A stretch of 63,598 bases of DNA, counting the filler. It is 3 parts of 3 records of this genome, joined end to end, with 100 filler letters (N's around TTAATTAATTAA, not from the genome) between each part and the next. Parts side by side here need not be neighbours in the genome. Positions count along the whole stretch, not along the records: positions 45,519 to 63,598 come from DRR378314_339; 2 more parts are not named here. One strand, written 5' to 3'. Below the pieces are notes generated by a model, which saw only the letters and a program-made list of their open reading frames with translations, ran no database searches and had not been told where the DNA came from. Shown piece after piece: positions 58,729 to 63,598 of this stretch (the first letter of the stretch is position 1; the number at the start of each line of letters is the position of its first letter). A program made the position numbers and the translations under genes.

Positions 58729-60438
58729 ATGGTAAAACAACATTCAAACGTCGCCTATCAGGTCATGTGGAACCGTCTGATCTCTGTGGTTGAGGAACAG
58801 GCGCAAGCCCTTGTACGCACCGCATTTTCCACCTCGGTTCGCGAGGCGGGTGACCTATCCGCCGGGGTCTATGACACCCATGGTCAGATGCTGGCGCAGG
58901 CGGTGACCGGAACACCGGGGCATGTGAACGCAATGGCCGATGCGGTGGCCCATTTCATCCGGCGGATCGGACGGCAGAACATCACCCAAGGCGATGTCTA
59001 TATCACCAATGATCCGTGGGAAGGCACCGGCCACCTGCATGACATCACCATGGTTACACCCTCATTTCACAATGATGTGCTGGTCGGGTTCTTTGCCTGC
59101 ACTGCGCATATCGTCGACATTGGCGGGCGCGGCTTTGGTGCGGATGCGGCGAGCGTTTACGAAGAAGGCCTGTATCTGCCCATTATGAAATTCGCTGATG
59201 CAGGCGAAGTGGATCAAACCCTTGTGCGGATTATCCGTGGCAATGTGCGTGAACCTGACCAGCTGATCGGCGACATTTACGCGCTGACCACCTGTAACGA
59301 AATCGGCCATCGCCGACTGATCGACATGATGCAGGAATTCGAGCTGGAAACACTCGACGGAATCGCCGCCTTTATCCTCGATAACTCGCGCCGTGCCACG
59401 CTGGAACGGATCGCCGCCCTGCCCCGCACCCAGGCTTCGGGCGAAATGACAATCGACGGCTTCTCTGCCCCGATCACCCTTAAGGTCACCTTGAGCATTG
59501 AAGAAGACCGCATTCTGTCCGATTTCGCGGGCACCTCAGGTCTTGATCGCAAGGGCATCAATTGTCCGCTGGTCTATGCCAAGGCCTATGCCTGCTACGC
59601 GCTGAAGGTTGCGATCGCGCCGGAAATTCCCAATAACGCGGCCTCGCTTGCGCCGTTCGAGATTGCCGCACCCGACAATACCATCGTCAATGCCCTGCAT
59701 CCCGCACCCGTGGCCCTGCGTCATATCGTGGGCCATTTCATCCCTGACGTGGTGTTCAACGCCTTTGACAAGATCGTGCCGGATCTCGTGCCAGCTGAGG
59801 GTGCCGGATGTCTGTGCAACTTCCAGGTCTCCTTGCGCCCGCGCATGGACGCACCTGCCCCGGCGGACGCCGTGCGCCGCGAGGTGCTGACCTTCAACTC
59901 TGGCGGATCGGGGGCGAGACCGGAATTTGACGGGCTGAACGCCACCGCCTTCCCCTCCGGCGTGATGACAATGCCGGTGGAGGCCACGGAACATGCAGGC
60001 CCGGTGATCATCTGGCGCAAGGAACTGCGTCCCGATTCAGGCGGCAGCGGCAAACAGCGCGGCGGTCTGGGGCAATATATGGTGGTTGGCGCGCGCGAAG
60101 GTCATGAGTTCGACATTCAGGCCATGTTCGACCGCGTGGATCACCCCGCCCAAGGACGGCGCGGCGGCGGGGCCGGTGCGCCCACAACCATCGCCCAAGA
60201 TGACGGGGGCAAGATGTATGGCAAGGGCAAGCAACTGGTGACCCATGGCCGCAAGGTGATGATGGCCTTTCCCGGTGGCGGCGGCTACGGCGATCCTGCT
60301 GAGCGGCCCAGAGAAAGCGTGATGCGCGACCTTGCGCGGGGATACATCTCGGCCCAGACTGCGGCACAGGACTATGGATTGAGCAACGCCGATATTGCAG
60401 CGGTGCAGAACGCTATCGCCAAGGGGGAAACCATCTGA
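58729..60438 (+). CDS. Hydantoinase B / oxoprolinase C-terminal subunit
   Basis: RTAFSTSVREAGD, TNDPWEGTGHLHD, AHIVDIGG, EEGL and PGGGGYGDP. Confidence 0.93.
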   Translation: MVKQHSNVAYQVMWNRLISVVEEQAQALVRTAFSTSVREAGDLSAGVYDTHGQMLAQAVTGTPGHVNAMADAVAHFIRRIGRQNITQGDVYITNDPWEGTGHLHDITMVTPSFHNDVLVGFFACTAHIVDIGGRGFGADAASVYEEGLYLPIMKFADAGEVDQTLVRIIRGNVREPDQLIGDIYALTTCNEIGHRRLIDMMQEFELETLDGIAAFILDNSRRATLERIAALPRTQASGEMTIDGFSAPITLKVTLSIEEDRILSDFAGTSGLDRKGINCPLVYAKAYACYALKVAIAPEIPNNAASLAPFEIAAPDNTIVNALHPAPVALRHIVGHFIPDVVFNAFDKIVPDLVPAEGAGCLCNFQVSLRPRMDAPAPADAVRREVLTFNSGGSGARPEFDGLNATAFPSGVMTMPVEATEHAGPVIIWRKELRPDSGGSGKQRGGLGQYMVVGAREGHEFDIQAMFDRVDHPAQGRRGGGAGAPTTIAQDDGGKMYGKGKQLVTHGRKVMMAFPGGGGYGDPAERPRESVMRDLARGYISAQTAAQDYGLSNADIAAVQNAIAKGETI

Positions 60439-61211
60439 TGAAACTTGCGCCCAACCGCTTTACCCGCGCCCTTGCCTCTGGCGAGAAACAGCTGGGCCTC
60501 TGGATCAGCCTGTGCAGCCCCTTTGCGGTTGAGGTTACCGGCCCTGCGGGTTTCGACTGGGCGTTGATCGATATGGAGCATTCGCCAAACGATTATATGA
60601 CGGTGATGGGGCAATTGCAGGGGTTTGCCGATACCGGCACCACTCCCATCGTGCGGCCAGAGTGGAACAACCCGGTGATTGTCAAACGCCTGTTGGATCT
60701 GGGCGCACGCGGATTGCTGTTTCCGATGATCCAGACGGTGAAAGAGGCCGAACAGGCCGTGGCCAGCACCCGTTATCCACCCCATGGCACGCGCGGGGTT
60801 TCCGGCGCGATGCGGGCCAATAAATTCGGGCGTGTTACCGACTATGTGGCGCGGGTTGAGGATGAAACCACTGTCCTGCTGCAACTGGAATCCGCCGCCG
60901 CCGTGGCCCGTGCCGAGGAGATCGGCGCGGTTGCGGGCGTGTCGGGGATCTTTTTCGGGCCTGCGGATATTGCCGCAGACATTGGCAAGCTGGGCAAACC
61001 GATGGACCCCGAAGTCTGGGACCTGATCAGACCCGCCGCAAAGAAACTGATGGCGATGGGTGTACCCGTCGGCACATTGGTACTGGACCCGGATTTTGCC
61101 GCTGAGCTGTTAAACGAGGGGTTCAGCTTTGTCGCCTGCGGATCGGATGTGTCCTTGCTTGCCAAAGCCTCGGATACGCTGCTGGCAAAGGTCAAAGACC
61201 GGCTGTCTTGA
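60438..61211 (+). CDS. HpcH/HpaI-family class II pyruvate aldolase
   Basis: GFDWALIDMEHSP, KRLLDLGA, RYPPHGTRG and FFGPAD; ATG overlaps the upstream TGA. Confidence 0.92.
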   Translation: MKLAPNRFTRALASGEKQLGLWISLCSPFAVEVTGPAGFDWALIDMEHSPNDYMTVMGQLQGFADTGTTPIVRPEWNNPVIVKRLLDLGARGLLFPMIQTVKEAEQAVASTRYPPHGTRGVSGAMRANKFGRVTDYVARVEDETTVLLQLESAAAVARAEEIGAVAGVSGIFFGPADIAADIGKLGKPMDPEVWDLIRPAAKKLMAMGVPVGTLVLDPDFAAELLNEGFSFVACGSDVSLLAKASDTLLAKVKDRLS

Positions 61212-61348
61212 GGCGCGGTGCGCCACCACAGCCAGTAAATCGTCCCTCGATCCTAAAATTCGACCTCTTCTGGGTCGGTTGCCCTTGAGAAACCGCGCTT
61301 TTTGCCACAAATATGGACGATGTCTTAAGGTCCTGGTCAGGAGTTCGC

Positions 61349-63598
61349 GTGTCCCTCTTCCTTGTCGTCGCCCTGCCCTTCCTGGGCGCATTGCTGCCCG
61401 GTCTCATGAACAATGCGGGGCGTCAGGCCTGTGCCGGCGTCACCTTCACTGTTACGCTTGCCGCATTTATCGGGTTGTTGACCAATCTGCCTGCTGTGCT
61501 GGCCGGGGAGGTCGTGACAACCGGGGTGAACTGGCTGCCATCGCTGGGCATGAATGTGAACCTCATGCTGGACGGGCTGGGGTTCTTCTTTGCCCTGCTG
61601 ATCCTGGGCATCGGCCTGCTGATCATCACCTATGCACGGTTTTACCTGTCACGTGATGACAACATGGGTGAGTTCTTCACCTATCTGCTGTTGTTTCAGG
61701 GCGCGATGGTGGGGATCGTCCTATCCGACAACATATTGGTTTTGCTGGTATTCTGGGAGCTGACATCGCTGTCCTCCTTCCTGCTGATCGGCTATTGGAA
61801 ACATCTGCCCGAGGGACGTCAGGGCGCGCGTATGGCGCTGACCGTTACTGGCATGGGGGGGCTTGCGCTGATTGGGGGCATGCTGATTCTGGGCAATATC
61901 GCAGGCAGCTACGACCTGAGCGTCATCCTGCAAAGCCGGGAGGTCATTCAGGCCAGCCCGCTTTACCTGCCAGCGCTGATCCTGATCCTGCTGGGCTGTT
62001 TCACCAAATCGGCGCAGTTCCCGTTCCACTTCTGGCTGCCCCACGCCATGGCTGCCCCCACCCCGGTTTCCGCCTATCTGCATTCGGCAACCATGGTGAA
62101 AGCCGGGATTTTCCTGATGGCACGGCTTTGGCCGGTCCTGTCAGGCACGCCGGAGTGGTTTGTGATTGTGACCAGCGCCGGTCTGATCACCATGGTTCTG
62201 GGGGCGGTGATTGCCCTGTTCAAACATGACCTCAAGGCGCTTTTGGCATTTTCCACGGTCAGCCATCTGGGGCTGATCACCATGCTGCTCGGCACCGGCA
62301 CTGCCTTTGGCGCGATGGCGGCGATATTTCACATCCTCAACCACGCCACCTTCAAGGCCGCGCTGTTTATGTCTGCGGGGATTGTCGATCACGAAACCCA
62401 CACCCGCGATATCCGCAGGTTGGGCGGGCTGCGCCATCTGATGCCAATCACCTTTGGCATTGTCACCCTTGCAGCCCTGTCCATGGCGGGAATTCCGTTG
62501 CTGAACGGTTTCCTGTCCAAAGAAATGATGCTGGAAGAGGCGCATCACACGGTGCTTTTCGGTTCAGATTGGTTGGTGCCGACGCTTGCTGTTGTCGGCT
62601 CTCTGTTCTCTGCCGCCTATTGTTTCCGCCTGATCAGCCACACCTTCCTTGGTCCCAAACGCGACGATTATCCGGCCCATCCCCACGATCCCGGTTTTGG
62701 CATGTGGGGTCCACCCGCGCTGCTGGTAGTGCTGGTTGTGATGATCGGCTGTGCGCCGTTTCTGGCCGAACCATTTGTCAAAATCGTCACCGCTTCCCTG
62801 CTGGGTGACGTGGCCGCGGTACCCACCGCGCATTTCAAAATCTGGCACGGGCTGGTGCCGGCACTCTATATGTCCATCGCCGCAGTTATTGGCGGCTTGA
62901 TTGTTCTGGCCCTGTTCAAGCCGCTGCTTAAGGCATGGGACGCGGCCCCGCGCCCTGAAGCCAAGGTCATCTTTGAGGCCCTGATCGAAGCAGCCGCGGC
63001 CCTGTCGCGCGGATTGATCCACGGCCTGCACAACGGTGCGTTTTCACGATATGCGGCGATTGCCGCGGTCACGATCACGGCCATCGGGTATCACGCATGG
63101 GCAACTGGCACCGTCGGTGCCGCAACCCGCGTTTCCCAAAGCGCCGGACCGGTCGAGATCGCTGGCTGGACAATGCTGGTCACCGCAACACTGGGGCTGG
63201 TGTTCCTGCACCGCAACCGCCTGTTGTCGCTGATCCTCATCGGGATTGTCGGGCTGATGGTTTCTGTCGGATTTGTTCTGTTCAGCGCGCCGGATCTGGC
63301 GATGACGCAAATCACCGTTGAGGTGGTAACGATCATCCTGCTGCTGCTCGCCTTGAATTTCCTGCCCAACCGCACCCCCGTCGAAAGCACCGTCCTGCGA
63401 CGGATGCGCGATGCGGTGGTTGCGATTGCGGCTGGTCTGGCGACCTTTGCCATGTCCTATCACTTCTTGCTGCGGGATGCGGTGGCACCGTCGATATCCG
63501 AGTTCCACCTCGCTAACTCTTATAAGGGCGGCGGTGGGACCAATGTGGTCAACGTGATTCTTGTCGACTTCCGTGGCTTTGACACCTTTGGCGAGATC
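61349..63598 (+). CDS. phaA: Monovalent cation/H+ antiporter subunit A (MrpA/PhaA), 3'-truncated; absent from the ORF track
   Basis: GTG start after AGGAG; FWELTSLSSFLLIGYW, TKSAQFPFHFWLPHAMAAPTPVSAYLHSATMVKAG and NVVNVILVDFRGFDTFGEI at the window edge. Confidence 0.93.
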   Translation, partial: MSLFLVVALPFLGALLPGLMNNAGRQACAGVTFTVTLAAFIGLLTNLPAVLAGEVVTTGVNWLPSLGMNVNLMLDGLGFFFALLILGIGLLIITYARFYLSRDDNMGEFFTYLLLFQGAMVGIVLSDNILVLLVFWELTSLSSFLLIGYWKHLPEGRQGARMALTVTGMGGLALIGGMLILGNIAGSYDLSVILQSREVIQASPLYLPALILILLGCFTKSAQFPFHFWLPHAMAAPTPVSAYLHSATMVKAGIFLMARLWPVLSGTPEWFVIVTSAGLITMVLGAVIALFKHDLKALLAFSTVSHLGLITMLLGTGTAFGAMAAIFHILNHATFKAALFMSAGIVDHETHTRDIRRLGGLRHLMPITFGIVTLAALSMAGIPLLNGFLSKEMMLEEAHHTVLFGSDWLVPTLAVVGSLFSAAYCFRLISHTFLGPKRDDYPAHPHDPGFGMWGPPALLVVLVVMIGCAPFLAEPFVKIVTASLLGDVAAVPTAHFKIWHGLVPALYMSIAAVIGGLIVLALFKPLLKAWDAAPRPEAKVIFEALIEAAAALSRGLIHGLHNGAFSRYAAIAAVTITAIGYHAWATGTVGAATRVSQSAGPVEIAGWTMLVTATLGLVFLHRNRLLSLILIGIVGLMVSVGFVLFSAPDLAMTQITVEVVTIILLLLALNFLPNRTPVESTVLRRMRDAVVAIAAGLATFAMSYHFLLRDAVAPSISEFHLANSYKGGGGTNVVNVILVDFRGFDTFGEI

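Overview
This window is not one genomic locus. It is three contigs joined by identical 100-nt artificial spacers (N44-TTAATTAATTAA-N44, at 27693-27792 and 45419-45518). Contigs 1 (1-27692) and 2 (27793-45418) come from an intron-rich microbial eukaryote of undetermined lineage. I rebuilt their genes by hand from splice sites and motifs. Contig 1 holds a large KDM5/JARID1 demethylase, a cytochrome b5-fused fatty acid 2-hydroxylase, a NUDT18-like Nudix hydrolase, GPI8/PIG-K and a partial WDR41. Contig 2 holds a partial UPF0696/C11orf68-like gene, CLPTM1, an EXPERA-type membrane protein, an SPF30/SMNDC1 homolog and an unresolved PH-domain gene. Contig 3 (45519-63598) is alphaproteobacterial, probably Rhodobacteraceae/Roseobacter-like: partial uvrC, SDR, Ca/Na antiporter, a 54-aa orphan, S49 peptidase, ABC-2 pair, CoxG, quinone oxidoreductase, two-component system, DegP-type protease, LysR, hydantoinase/oxoprolinase A+B, HpcH aldolase and partial MrpA/PhaA. 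The best candidates for novelty are: (1) a DARS-like DnaA-box core with CtrA, GANTC and IHF-like sites upstream of uvrC; (2) an SPF30 that appears to lack its Tudor domain; (3) a KDM5 with an extra C-terminal extended-PHD module and a half-degenerate C5HC2 finger. Family calls rest on recalled motifs; no database searches were run.
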